Positions 26,819-36,549 of a DNA stretch of 64,000 bases are shown here, in pieces (positions within the stretch are counted from its first letter, which is position 1; the number at the start of each line of letters is the position of its first letter). Both the position numbers and the translations under genes were made by a program. Below the pieces are notes generated by a model that made no database searches, was not told where the DNA came from, and worked only from the letters and a program-made list of their open reading frames with translations. This DNA comes from Parcubacteria group bacterium Gr01-1014_30 (GTDB taxonomy: Bacteria; Patescibacteriota; Minisyncoccia; Minisyncoccales; 2-12-FULL-40-12). The stretch covers positions 94,206 through 158,205 of the forward strand of contig VMFS01000001.1 in NCBI GenBank assembly GCA_007376185.1. The letters are read 5' to 3'.

Positions 26819-27764
26819 AATATACAACCTCGCTTTGCAAATGGGTATTGACTCTGATTTTCGCGGCAGAGATACGATTCAGAAACTGCTTAAGCGGAGA
26901 AAAGAAAAATACGAGAAACTATCTGACGAGGAAAAAAAAGAGTTTGACTTGGAGTCACTCACTAATCCGTATTCAGACACCAGAGTTTTGCACGTGGCTA
27001 AAGACCAGCAAATCAAGAAGGTTTTGGCTGGCATTGACATTGAACCAGCTGAAATCCTTTTGGCAAAAGAAATCGGAGGTGTTGATTTAATAATCGCTCA
27101 CCACCCAGTGGGCAAAGGACTTGCCAACCTGCACGACGTAATGGAACTTCAATGCGACGTTCTTTCGCAGTACGGAGTTCCAATAAACGTTGCCGAAGGA
27201 CTGATGAAGCCGCGGATTGACGAGGTGGCGCGAGGCATCAACGCAAAAAATCACGAAAGAACCGTGGACGCGGCTCGTCTTTTAGGTTTTAATTTGATGT
27301 GCGCCCACACTGTTACCGATAACTTAGCCGCCAAGTTCTTAAAGGAAAAAGTTGAGAGATCAGACGGCGCATTGCTCCGTCTTGAAGATTTGATGAAGAT
27401 GTTAAAAGAAGTTCCGGAGTACCGGGTAGCTACGAAAATCGGAGCAGGCCCGAGAATTTTTGTTGGAGACCCCGAAAGAAGGTGCGGCAAAATCGCTTTG
27501 TCTGAAATAACCGGGGGCACGGAGGGCTCTCCAAAACTCTACGAAAAAATGGCAATCGCGGGCATTGGCACCACAGTTGGCATGCACGTTTCCGAAGAGC
27601 ACAAAAAGGAAGCAGAAGCCGCCCACTTAAACGTGGTGATAGCAGGCCACATGAGTTCTGACTCAATAGGAATGAACCTTTTTTTGGACGAACTTGAAAA
27701 GAAAGGCATTGAAATAGTTGCTTGCTCTGGTTTAATCAGGGTTTCCAGGGAAGCGAAGAGCTAA
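26805..27764 (+). CDS. NIF3-like metal-binding protein
   Basis: NPYSDTR, GID, AHHP.G, H...DN, TGGTEG, GMH, IAGHMSSDSIGMN. Confidence 0.85.
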   Translation: MTVNEIYNLALQMGIDSDFRGRDTIQKLLKRRKEKYEKLSDEEKKEFDLESLTNPYSDTRVLHVAKDQQIKKVLAGIDIEPAEILLAKEIGGVDLIIAHHPVGKGLANLHDVMELQCDVLSQYGVPINVAEGLMKPRIDEVARGINAKNHERTVDAARLLGFNLMCAHTVTDNLAAKFLKEKVERSDGALLRLEDLMKMLKEVPEYRVATKIGAGPRIFVGDPERRCGKIALSEITGGTEGSPKLYEKMAIAGIGTTVGMHVSEEHKKEAEAAHLNVVIAGHMSSDSIGMNLFLDELEKKGIEIVACSGLIRVSREAKS

Positions 27765-27766
27765 AA

Positions 27767-28915
27767 ATGGCAAAAGCGGTCCAAGAGGTTCTCGTGCGCT
27801 ATGGCGAGATTTTTTTGAAGTCACCGTTTGTTTTCAGGCAGTTTGAAAAAAAGCTTGTAGAAAACGTAGCCAGAGTTTTCAAAAGAAGGGGCGTAAAGTT
27901 TAAAATAAGAAAAGAAAGGGGCCGCATTTTTGTTGAGGCGCCAGTTTCAGAAGCCCGTGAGCTCCAAAATGTCTTCGGAGTTGTTTCTTTTTCGCCTGTT
28001 TGGCGGCTTGGTTCGGTAAAACTCAAGGATATAAAAAATTTTTGCAAAGATAAATTTAAGGGATTTGTCAAAAAGGGAGAAACGTTTGCAGTCAGGGCTA
28101 AGAGGGTGGGCAACCACAACTTTTCCAGTAAGGATTTGGAGGTAGAAGTGGGTAAAGTCGTTAGGGGAAAAGTTGACTTATCAAGGCCGCAAAAAGAGAT
28201 TTTCGTTGAGGTAAGAGAAAATGAGGCCTATATTTTTACGGAGGTTTTTCAGGGGCCGGGAGGGTTGCCGGTTTCAAGTTCCGGCAAAGTCGTTTCTTTC
28301 ATTTCCGGGGGCATTGATTCGGCTGTTTCTTCCTGGCTTGCCATGAAAAGGGGCTGCCAAGTCGTTTTTCTGCATTTTCACAGCTTCCCGCTTGTTTCTC
28401 AAAAAAGCATTGAGAAAACTAAAACCATTGTTGAAAAGTTAAACGATTATCAGTTCAACGGCAAGCTCATTTTGATCCCTTTCCAGAAAGTTCAGCAGTT
28501 ATTGAAACTTGGAGCGCCGGCCAAGTATTTAGTTGTTTTGTACAGGCGCTCGATGGTTCGGGTTGGTCAAAACTTGGCCGAGGAAGAAAAAGCCAAAGCT
28601 TTGTTCACGGGCGAGTCCTTGGGACAGGTTTCCTCTCAAACTTTGCCGAACTTAGCAGTTATTGACGAAGCCGCCAAGCTTCCCGTTTTCAGGCCTTTGA
28701 TAGGTATGGACAAAGCGGAAATTATTGACATTGCCCGAAAAATAGGTACTTTTGAAACGTCAATTTTGCCACAGGAGGACTGCTGCCAGCTTTTTGTGCC
28801 AAAACACCCTGCCACACAAGCCAACGTGGCGCTGATAAAAGATATTGAAAAGAAAGTAGGCGTTCAAAAACTGGAAAGGGAAATCTTAAAAGAGAAGCGG
28901 GAGATTTTTGTTTAA
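27767..28915 (+). CDS. thiI: tRNA 4-thiouridine synthase ThiI (THUMP + PP-loop, no rhodanese domain)
   Basis: RYGEIFLKS, GPGGLP, SGGIDS, GESLGQVSSQTL, RPLIGMDK.EI, EDCC. Confidence 0.95.
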   Translation: MAKAVQEVLVRYGEIFLKSPFVFRQFEKKLVENVARVFKRRGVKFKIRKERGRIFVEAPVSEARELQNVFGVVSFSPVWRLGSVKLKDIKNFCKDKFKGFVKKGETFAVRAKRVGNHNFSSKDLEVEVGKVVRGKVDLSRPQKEIFVEVRENEAYIFTEVFQGPGGLPVSSSGKVVSFISGGIDSAVSSWLAMKRGCQVVFLHFHSFPLVSQKSIEKTKTIVEKLNDYQFNGKLILIPFQKVQQLLKLGAPAKYLVVLYRRSMVRVGQNLAEEEKAKALFTGESLGQVSSQTLPNLAVIDEAAKLPVFRPLIGMDKAEIIDIARKIGTFETSILPQEDCCQLFVPKHPATQANVALIKDIEKKVGVQKLEREILKEKREIFV

Positions 28916-28963
28916 TGTTGCAGTGGCTTTCGGCGTTGCCGCTTTTGAAGTAAGCAAGTCCAG

Positions 28964-29035
28964 GTCCCTATAGCTCAGTGGATAGAGCGCCGGCCTCCGG
29001 AGCCGGAAACAGAGGTTCAAATCCTCTTAGGGACA
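28964..29035 (+). tRNA. tRNA-Arg(CCG)
   Basis: Acceptor GTCCCTA/TAGGGAC, anticodon arm CCGGC-CTCCGGA-GCCGG, GGTTCAAATCC. Confidence 0.95.
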
Positions 29036-29045
29036 CAAACCTTTA

Positions 29046-29118
29046 TGCGCCCGGCAGGACTCGAACCTGCAGTCTCTTCCTCCGCAGGGAAACGCTTTAT
29101 CCATTAAGCTACGGGCGC
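29046..29118 (-). tRNA. tRNA-Arg(GCG)
   Basis: Minus strand GCGCCCG..., anticodon arm TTTCC-CTGCGGA-GGAAG, GGTTCGAGTCC. Confidence 0.92.
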
Positions 29119-29157
29119 AACCTGTTTTATGATACCGCCAAGGCCGCTTTACTTCAA

Positions 29158-29238
29158 GCCCCGTATATCATCTTCGACAGGATTTTCTTTTAGAAAATCC
29201 TGTAATCGCGAAGCGAGTCGAAGTTGTATTACGGGGCA
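29158..29238. repeat. CCCCGTA...TACGGGG palindromic element, copy B
   Basis: Same termini as 12675-12751 with a different internal hairpin (ACAGGATTTTCT..AGAAAATCCTGT). Confidence 0.8.
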
Positions 29239-29241
29239 AGG

Positions 29242-29270
29242 TTGACTTAGTTTATTTTAATAGGTAAGAT
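29242..29270 (+). promoter_or_regulatory. Promoter for the tRNA-Ser genes
   Basis: TTGACT-N17-TAAGAT, 10 bp upstream of the tRNA. Confidence 0.6.
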
Positions 29271-29279
29271 ATAGCCATT

Positions 29280-29368
29280 GGAGGAGTGCGTGAGTGGTTC
29301 AAACGAGCGGCTTGCTAAGCCGTGGCGGCCTAATAAGTCGCCCGTGGGTTCAAATCCCACCTCCTCCG
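29280..29368 (+). tRNA. tRNA-Ser(GCT)
   Basis: GGAGGAG/CTCCTCC acceptor, GCGGC-TTGCTAA-GCCGT, long variable arm, GGTTCAAATCC. Confidence 0.95.
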
Positions 29369-29414
29369 CACTTCGGAAGCTCAGTGCAAGCATTTGTTTT
29401 AAGAGTATAAATTA

Positions 29415-29576
29415 ATGAGTATGTGGTACACGTATGTGCTTCTTTGCGATCAGAAAACTTTTTATGTAGGAGTTACAGATAACCCTGTAGCGAGGATAGG
29501 TCAACATAGAAATAGAAAACCACTTTTTACTAAAAAGTTTTTCCCACCTCCTCCGCTTTCTGGAGGGTTCGCCTAA
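29415..29576 (+). pseudogene. Truncated GIY-YIG nuclease
   Basis: MWYTYVLLCDQKTFYVGVTDNPVARIGQH...FTKK, then runs into a duplicated tRNA 3' end; the C-terminal E-containing helix is missing. Confidence 0.75.
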
Positions 29577-29646
29577 TGGTATGGCACCGCTCTTGAAAAG
29601 CGGCGGACGAAAGTCCTTAGAGGTTCGAGTCCTCTACCCTCCGCCA
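29562..29646 (+). tRNA. tRNA-Ser(TGA)
   Basis: GGAGGGT/ACCCTCC acceptor, CCGCT-CTTGAAA-AGCGG, long variable arm, encoded CCA. Confidence 0.95.
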
Positions 29647-29776
29647 GTTATCAACCATTGTCTTCTTGCACTAGAATAACCGAAATAATAAAATGAAATC
29701 AGGACATTTCTGCCGGACTTGTTGGGGAGTCCAGGTCTATTTGAAGCATCATAATAAGAATTTTAACTTTTTTATT

Positions 29777-30715
29777 ATGAAAAAATTACTGCTAACTTTT
29801 TTATTGATAGTTTTTGTATTTCTATTTTTACTCGCATTTCAAGCCAATGCCGTAACCACGCTCTTTATTAAGGGTGACAGTTCAGAAATAAGTGGAGTAA
29901 CCAATGGTTCAATTTTAACACCCAATGTACGTCCGGCTTTATTAGTAGGAACAGTTATTGTTAAAGGTACAGGATCAGTCAACTTTGCTCCAGCTAATAC
30001 TGGAGATGGTGTATTTTTTAAGTTTGGAGGAGCGCAAAATGTAAATTCGGCTTTCTACAGACTGGTTGGAAACGGCGTTGGCGATGTATTTAATTCTAAT
30101 CAAGGTGATATAATTTTTTATTTAAAATCTAATTATAGCTTTGCCGAAAGAAAAGCCCTAACTGACCCCCCTCCTATAGGTAGTTATGTCTTTGATGTTG
30201 TTGATGGAAATAATATAAAATTTTATAAATTTTATGTTTTAACAAGCGAGGTTGGAAAATTATCTTTTGTTTATCAGGTAAATGGTTCGTCTGATATTAC
30301 TTACGAAGTGCCAGCTGGTCAAGAAGATGTATTTTTTGGAAAAGACGTAATTTTAAAAATCCACATAAGCTGGATTGGGAATACAGTCTCTTTGTATTTA
30401 AACCAAAACCTCGTTAATGCCACTAATTACACACCTCAAACTCCCAATTGGACAAGTATTTCCGGAATAATTATAGGAGCTGCTCAGGGCGGTTTTTTTG
30501 CTTCACCTGATATTATAGATGATTTTTTTGTTGGAGAACCAACTCCTACACCTACTCCTACGCCAACTCCTACGCCAACTCCAATACCAAGAATATATAG
30601 CCAGACCTCAGATTTTTTCGACGCCACTACTGTTCATCCAGAAGCCAAGGGATTTCAATTAGCCGACTATGACCCCGTAAGTAAAAAGGTTGTCTTTTAT
30701 CCATGGGGGGGGTGA
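29777..30715 (+). CDS. Large secreted surface protein, N-terminal part (signal peptide, beta-sandwich domain, PT linker); frameshifted at a G8 tract
   Basis: MKKLLL..ANA signal peptide, (PT)n linker; ends at TGG GGG GGG TGA. Confidence 0.75.
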   Translation: MKKLLLTFLLIVFVFLFLLAFQANAVTTLFIKGDSSEISGVTNGSILTPNVRPALLVGTVIVKGTGSVNFAPANTGDGVFFKFGGAQNVNSAFYRLVGNGVGDVFNSNQGDIIFYLKSNYSFAERKALTDPPPIGSYVFDVVDGNNIKFYKFYVLTSEVGKLSFVYQVNGSSDITYEVPAGQEDVFFGKDVILKIHISWIGNTVSLYLNQNLVNATNYTPQTPNWTSISGIIIGAAQGGFFASPDIIDDFFVGEPTPTPTPTPTPTPTPIPRIYSQTSDFFDATTVHPEAKGFQLADYDPVSKKVVFYPWGG

Positions 30716-33659
30716 AGGCGATAATCCCCGTGGTGTTATATTATCTTATCAAACCGATAAAAACTTTTTAGATAAAACAAGCTACGAAGCTTCTGACCTC
30801 ACCCAGTTAATCGCCCCAGAAGCTGAGGGCTTTGGCGCCGGCTGCCTAGGTACAAATGGGTGGTTTTATCTCCCAGCCAATAGAAAAGATGTAGGAAGCG
30901 GAATCCAGGCCAATACCTTAATGGTCCGCTATCTAGGAACTAGGTCAGTCACCGACCGCTCTGCCTATGAGACCTTTGATGTAGCAGTATTAGGTATGCC
31001 TAGCACCGGTTGGGCGCCTTGCATCTACCTTAACGGCTTCATCTATTACAGCCCGATTCTCCAGAAAGGAAGCACTAAAGTTCTCCACGGTATCTTCCTA
31101 AGGTATAACACCAGCCTTGCCTTTGATAATCCCTTAGCTTGGAGTTGGTATGACATTAAAACAAATGTTAATTCCAGAGCTCACGCTTTTCAATCAATGG
31201 CTGCGAAATATCCTTATGTTTATCTGATTCCTTTTGGTGTAGGTGAAAGCTTAATAGTTCGCTATGACGTCACAAAACCCTTTAACTCCCCTTCTTCTTA
31301 CGAAACTTTTGACATTGCCACCCTCAATCCTAATGTAAAAGGTCCGACAGGAGGAATAGTAGTTGGCAATACTCTCGTCCTCGTTCCCTGGAGAAATCTT
31401 TCCAAGCCATCTGGCACTCAACAAATCATGAGCACGTCTGCTGCTTATGACACTACTAAATCATTATCTGATTCAACTGCCTGGAAATTTTTCGATACCA
31501 CCACCATCGACCCTAATGCTAAAGGCTACCAATTCGGCTGGGCTGATAAGAATAGCTTTGTTCACTTTGTTCCCCAGCAGAGAGGTCATGGCCGCGTTCC
31601 GCCGTTTATTGTTTGGGATGGAGAGGGGATTTTCGATAACGCTTCATTCTGGAAAACCTATAGTAGTTCGGGTGTAAAGCCATCTACTGGTGCTGCCTAT
31701 GACGGTGAGAGTACCGCTTGGCTTGCTCCTTATGGCAGCGATGGAGATAGCGGTCTTATTACCCGCGTAAATATGGCGTATTCTGTAACTCCACCGCCTG
31801 GAGGCGGAGGCGGTGGAGGAGGAGGAGGCGGAGGAAGCGAAATTCCAGATATTACACCGCCATCGCAGGTTAGCAATTTTCAGGCCGAAGGTGCATATTC
31901 TCAGGTTTCTCTTTCTTGGACTAATCCCTCTTCTACGGACTATGCTGGAATTATAATTGTAAGAAAAGATGGTTCCACTGCTTCAAATATTAATGACGGA
32001 ACCAAGATATATGAAGGAACTGGTCAATCTTTTGTTGATACAGGTATTGTTGGCGGGCGCACCTATTACTATTCAGCCTTTACATTTGATAGTATCCCTA
32101 ACTACTCTTTTCCAGTGACTATCGTAAGTACTGCCTCCGATATTTCTGATATTCAAGTCAAAAATATTACTGACACAACGGCTATTATAACTTGGATAAG
32201 CAGTAATCCATCATCATCTAAAGTTAACTATGGGTTAACTTCAGCCTATTCATTTTCGACATTAAAGGATAATAATTTGATTACTAATCATTTAGTAATC
32301 CTAGGCAACTTAAATCCATCGACTAGTTATCATTTTCAGGTTGAATTCGCGGACTCTTTAAATCAGACGTCTATCTCCGATGATTATATTTTCACTACTG
32401 AAGCATTAACTATCCTACCCAAAATAAGTAATCTTAAAGTTTTAGAAATAACTAAAAATTCCGCTAAAATAACTTGGGATACAGACAAAGCATCCGATTC
32501 ACAAGTTGAATATGGTTTGTTCCCTACTTATGGATTAATTACTTCTTTAGACACTAATTTAGTGACTAATCATGGCATTATCCTGGCCAGTCTTTCCGAG
32601 GGCACTACTTATCATTTCAGAGTTAAATCAGGGGGAAGCGTGTCTATAAACAATACTTTTGAAACCAATCAATCTATCTCGACAGATATTACTTCGCCTT
32701 CAAAGATAACAGATCTTAAAGTTGAAGATTCAACAGAAACTTCTGTAACTTTGAGTTGGATTAGCCCAGGAGATGATGGTGTAATAGGGGTTGCCTATAG
32801 CTACGATATGCGTTGGAGTAATTCTGAAATTACTGATTTTAATTGGCAATTTGCAAAAAAGCTTGATGGATTGCCAATGCCTCTGACTTCGGGCAGAAAA
32901 CAAATTTATGATGCTATTTTTTTGAATCCCGACACAACATACTATTTTGCCATCCAGGTAAAAGATGAGGCTAATAATATATCTTTATTGTCTGAATATG
33001 TACAGGCAAAGACAAAACCAAAACAAGAAATCAGCGATTTAACTCCTGCTGGTCAGGTTAAAATTGAAAAATCAATAGGGGCTGACAGACAGGTAATTAT
33101 TGAATGGATAAATCCCTCTGACAGCGATTTTGCCAGAGTAATAATTGTATTTAAACCGGACAAAGCACCGAATAGTATAGCTGATGGCAATAATGTCTTT
33201 AATGGCAAAGATACAAAATATACCCAAATTAATTTAGAAAACGGAAAGACATACTTTTTTGCCCTTTATACCGTAGATCTTGCCGGGAATTATTCTCCTC
33301 CAGTTATCTTTAAGGTTGTTCCTAAGGCAGAAGTTACTTACTTTTCAGAAGTTAAACCGACAAATTTTGATCAAGTTACGCCATTTACTCCTCCTTCTCC
33401 AAAAACAGCAATCGCCATAACTAAAAGCCTAAGCTTTGGTTCAAGAGGAGATGAAGTTAAAAGGCTTCAAGAATTACTCTCTTTAGACTCTTCTATTTAT
33501 CCCCAAAAACTAGTGACTGGCTACTTTGGTTCTCTTACCAAGGCTGCGGTTCAAAAGTTCCAGTGCAGCCAGAAAATTGTTTGTTCAGGCACAGAAACAA
33601 CTACTGGTTATGGCCGAGTCGGTCCCAAGACCAGAACTAAATTAGATGAGGTTTTTTAA
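30690..33659 (+). CDS. Large surface protein, C-terminal part (propeller-like repeats, poly-Gly, FN3-like domains, peptidoglycan-binding domain)
   Basis: Repeats such as 'VRYDVTKPF..SSYETFD'; G-rich linker; several 'A.ITW.T...S.V.YG' FN3-like units; C-terminal 'GSRGDEVKRLQ..L...TGYFG.LT..AV.KFQ...G.VGPKTR'. No good start of its own. Confidence 0.8.
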   Translation: MSFIHGGGEGDNPRGVILSYQTDKNFLDKTSYEASDLTQLIAPEAEGFGAGCLGTNGWFYLPANRKDVGSGIQANTLMVRYLGTRSVTDRSAYETFDVAVLGMPSTGWAPCIYLNGFIYYSPILQKGSTKVLHGIFLRYNTSLAFDNPLAWSWYDIKTNVNSRAHAFQSMAAKYPYVYLIPFGVGESLIVRYDVTKPFNSPSSYETFDIATLNPNVKGPTGGIVVGNTLVLVPWRNLSKPSGTQQIMSTSAAYDTTKSLSDSTAWKFFDTTTIDPNAKGYQFGWADKNSFVHFVPQQRGHGRVPPFIVWDGEGIFDNASFWKTYSSSGVKPSTGAAYDGESTAWLAPYGSDGDSGLITRVNMAYSVTPPPGGGGGGGGGGGGSEIPDITPPSQVSNFQAEGAYSQVSLSWTNPSSTDYAGIIIVRKDGSTASNINDGTKIYEGTGQSFVDTGIVGGRTYYYSAFTFDSIPNYSFPVTIVSTASDISDIQVKNITDTTAIITWISSNPSSSKVNYGLTSAYSFSTLKDNNLITNHLVILGNLNPSTSYHFQVEFADSLNQTSISDDYIFTTEALTILPKISNLKVLEITKNSAKITWDTDKASDSQVEYGLFPTYGLITSLDTNLVTNHGIILASLSEGTTYHFRVKSGGSVSINNTFETNQSISTDITSPSKITDLKVEDSTETSVTLSWISPGDDGVIGVAYSYDMRWSNSEITDFNWQFAKKLDGLPMPLTSGRKQIYDAIFLNPDTTYYFAIQVKDEANNISLLSEYVQAKTKPKQEISDLTPAGQVKIEKSIGADRQVIIEWINPSDSDFARVIIVFKPDKAPNSIADGNNVFNGKDTKYTQINLENGKTYFFALYTVDLAGNYSPPVIFKVVPKAEVTYFSEVKPTNFDQVTPFTPPSPKTAIAITKSLSFGSRGDEVKRLQELLSLDSSIYPQKLVTGYFGSLTKAAVQKFQCSQKIVCSGTETTTGYGRVGPKTRTKLDEVF

Positions 33660-33763
33660 AATAGAGCACTAAATAAACACTGCTATTTATCAACACTCAT
33701 TTTTATCTTTGAAGATTTGCTGTCTTATTAAAACTTAATTATATTTAAATCAATCAATTTTTA

Positions 33764-34921
33764 ATGTTAAAGCAAAAGGGTATAACAACTACTCAAACTA
33801 TATTGATTATTGCAGTAATATTGCTATTGATTTTAATTATTAGCAGAGCTAATCGCAGACAAGACTTACAAGAAGGAGTTCCCGAAGAGATAGATATCGA
33901 TATTCCCGGAAGCATGGTTAAGAAAATTTCACTATTGGCAACGAGTTCATATGCCGGCAGAGTGGACTGGTCGCATGCAAATAACCTTATCGCATTTTCT
34001 AAAGTCGGCGACGACGGCTATGCAGATATCTATACTATGAATTCGGATGGTTCAAATAAAACCTGTTTGACTTGCGGCGCAGTCGGTGTTCCGCAGTTTT
34101 ATAACGACCAGCCGGTGTGGCACCCATCCGGAGACTATATTATCTTTCAAGCCCAGGATCCCAATTTAAGTTCTCTGTCTACGTATTTGGTGCAAGGCGG
34201 CGCAGGACTTAATAATAATTTATGGGCCATAAGTAAAGACGGACAGCGGTCCTGGCAGTTGACGCACATTGAGGATAGGGAAGCAACACTTCATTCGCAT
34301 TTTTCTCATGACGGTAAAAAGTTGCTTTGGGCGGCTCGAGAATTGCAAGACGGCAAGAAAGCCCAGTGGATGCTTAAAATCGCTGATTTTATCGTGGATG
34401 GCGGCGGCCCTCGTTTAGCCAATGAAAAAACCTATCAGCCAATGGGCGAAAATGTATTCTACGAAAGCCATAGTTTTACTCATGATGGTCAAAAGATTAT
34501 TTTTTCGGCCAGTTACACTGCCCCGGCTTTTGATTTGGATATTTATATTTTGGATCTTCGAACCAATAAGCTCACCAACCTGACCAATTCTCCCGGAGAG
34601 TGGGATGAACATTCTATTCTTTCTCCCAACAACAGATTAGCTTGGATATCAAGCAAAGGATACTCATTCACCCCCTCCGCGAATTGGGGCGCAACTCTTA
34701 AAACCGATCTCTGGCTTATGAATCTGGACGGAAGCAATAAAACAAAGGTTACTCACTTTAATGAGCCGGGCTATCCGGAATATGAGAGCGGGAAAAGGGT
34801 GATTGCTGCTGATAATTCTTGGAACAAAACCGGAGATAAGCTAGTATTAACTCTTGGCGTAATAAAAGGTAAAACCGTTGGCAGTAGGGTAGTATTAGTG
34901 GAATTTAACAGTCCTCAATGA
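33764..34921 (+). CDS. Membrane-anchored TolB-like (PD40) beta-propeller protein
   Basis: N-terminal TM; repeats DIYTMNSDGS, P.WHPSG, FSHDGKK, LTNLTNSPGEWDEH. Confidence 0.8.
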   Translation: MLKQKGITTTQTILIIAVILLLILIISRANRRQDLQEGVPEEIDIDIPGSMVKKISLLATSSYAGRVDWSHANNLIAFSKVGDDGYADIYTMNSDGSNKTCLTCGAVGVPQFYNDQPVWHPSGDYIIFQAQDPNLSSLSTYLVQGGAGLNNNLWAISKDGQRSWQLTHIEDREATLHSHFSHDGKKLLWAARELQDGKKAQWMLKIADFIVDGGGPRLANEKTYQPMGENVFYESHSFTHDGQKIIFSASYTAPAFDLDIYILDLRTNKLTNLTNSPGEWDEHSILSPNNRLAWISSKGYSFTPSANWGATLKTDLWLMNLDGSNKTKVTHFNEPGYPEYESGKRVIAADNSWNKTGDKLVLTLGVIKGKTVGSRVVLVEFNSPQ

Positions 34922-35047
34922 TTAAAACTGGTTGCCGTCGCCGCCCTGCCCGCCGAAGTCTACCTACTCCGCCGAAGTAGCTTCAGCTACGAAGGCCGGG
35001 CAACGCAGGCGGGGCCCAGCCAGTTCTGTTCGGATATTTTCAAACAG

Positions 35048-35227
35048 ACACCGCCAGTTGGGAAATGAAGCACTTGGCTCGCCCGCTCCCACTTCGCCCT
35101 TCGGGCTACGAGGGACAAGTACGCGGGCTCGCCATCCGTTTTTCGGGGAAATTTCAAGCCGTTTTGCCTGCCCGCCGAAGCCTTGGCGCAGGCGGGAATT
35201 CAGTAAGGCCAGAAGCGGGCTTTTCTT
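35048..35227 (+). repeat. Direct repeat, copy 1 (leader upstream of the XRE gene)
   Basis: Near-identical to 36229-36376 apart from a 33-bp insert at 35088-35120. Confidence 0.9.
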
Positions 35228-35303
35228 TACGGAATGGAAATTTTTTGATATCATAAATTTGAAATCATAATCCGTGATTTGATGATATCAAAGTTTTGAA
35301 ACT

Positions 35304-35501
35304 ATGGCAACAATAGGTGAAAATATCAAAAAATACCGCAACAAACTTAGCATGACACAAGACGATCTAGTGAGAAAGTCCGGTGTGAAGCACACGACCC
35401 TTACGAAAATCGAAGGCGATTTTGTAAAAAAGCCAAGTGTTCAAGTGATAGCAAAAATCTCTAAAGCGTTGGGCGTACCAATGGAAGATTTGATAAAATA
35501 A
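35304..35501 (+). CDS. XRE-family HTH transcriptional regulator
   Basis: IGENIKKYR..MTQDDL...TLTKIE....PSVQVIAKISKALGV. Confidence 0.9.
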   Translation: MATIGENIKKYRNKLSMTQDDLVRKSGVKHTTLTKIEGDFVKKPSVQVIAKISKALGVPMEDLIK

Positions 35502-35507
35502 AAAGGT

Positions 35508-36095
35508 ATGCAGAAAAATCTCGAAAACAACAAAATTATTATCATTACTCTTTCACTTTTAGCTGTACTTGGTGTTTTTTACTTTTATTGGAAATCTGGA
35601 AAGTCTTCAAGTATCAACGAGAATGTTGTGACTGAAAAAATAGTATTTGAGGCGGTTCCTAAAAATTATTTAGAATGTATGGAAACCGAAAATAAATATA
35701 ATTTTCGAAACAGAAATCGGTCAATGCTATCCTGTTCATATACAGTTTTTCCTGAAGAGATACCGAACATCGATCCCCAAGCGGTAGATAAAAACAAATA
35801 TGATGAATGTGTAAAAGAAAAAGGTCATCCAATTTCTTTTGCTGGAGATTGCTCATTTTTATTTTACAACCCAGATTATACATTTCCACAAAGTTTTAGA
35901 GAATGTGTCGATGAGAAAAAAGGAGAATTTACTACTTCCGTTAGACCTCGCTGTATGATTAATATTACTGTTTTAGGTGCCGCAAATGTTGATGTAGCCA
36001 ACAACTTAATCAATAAATGCGTAGCTTTGGGAGGGATGTATAGCGAAGAATTTGGTCGTCAATGCTACATAGAATTCGATGAAAGTAATCTATAG
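35508..36095 (+). CDS. Hypothetical Cys-rich exported protein with N-terminal TM
   Basis: N-terminal hydrophobic helix; internal 'P(K/Q)(N/S)(Y/F).EC' duplication. Confidence 0.7.
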   Translation: MQKNLENNKIIIITLSLLAVLGVFYFYWKSGKSSSINENVVTEKIVFEAVPKNYLECMETENKYNFRNRNRSMLSCSYTVFPEEIPNIDPQAVDKNKYDECVKEKGHPISFAGDCSFLFYNPDYTFPQSFRECVDEKKGEFTTSVRPRCMINITVLGAANVDVANNLINKCVALGGMYSEEFGRQCYIEFDESNL

Positions 36096-36228
36096 GTCTG
36101 TTGTTAATAAGAATTTGCCGCCAAAGAAAAACTTGAAATTGTTAATGTTCGCGGCTTCGCAGCGCGGATTTCTGCCCGCCACCCACGCCGCCTTCGGCGG
36201 CGAATTCCGTTCGAGCTATTTTTAGAAT

Positions 36229-36376
36229 ACACCGCCAGTTGGGAAATGAAGTCATTGGCTCGCCCGCTACGCGGGCTCGCCAGCCGTTTTTCGGGGAAAT
36301 TTCAAGCCGTTTTGCCTGCCCGCCGAAGCCTTGGCGCAGGCGGGAATTCAGTAAGGCCAGAAGCGGGCTTTTCTTG
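36229..36376 (+). repeat. Direct repeat, copy 2
   Basis: Matches 35048-35227. Confidence 0.9.
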
Positions 36377-36423
36377 AAAGAATTAAGATTTTTTGATATC
36401 GTAATCTTGAAAGCATCTTATGA

Positions 36424-36471
36424 CAAGTTATTGCTAAAATTGCAAAGGCATTAGGTGTTGATATAGAATAG
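36424..36471 (+). pseudogene. 3' remnant of an XRE-HTH gene
   Basis: Reads QVIAKIAKALGVDIE* versus QVIAKISKALGVPME in 35304-35501, at the equivalent position after the repeat. Confidence 0.65.
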
Positions 36472-36549
36472 AAGATATGATAAAAAAGGTTTATACTGTG
36501 GATGAAGTCGACTCTACAATGAAATTAATAAGACCATTAAATAAAAAGT

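Noticed and set aside
28978-29193. 71-aa ORF over the tRNA cluster
   Set aside because: Overlaps two tRNA genes; spurious.
30713-30715. TGA read-through or genetic code 25
   Set aside because: The continuation is in a different frame, and many conserved genes here end at TGA, so the standard code applies.
34932-35270. ORFs 34932-35270, 34964-35254, 35065-35256 and 36239-36454
   Set aside because: Translations of GC-rich palindromic repeat DNA, open in several frames, with no protein-like features.
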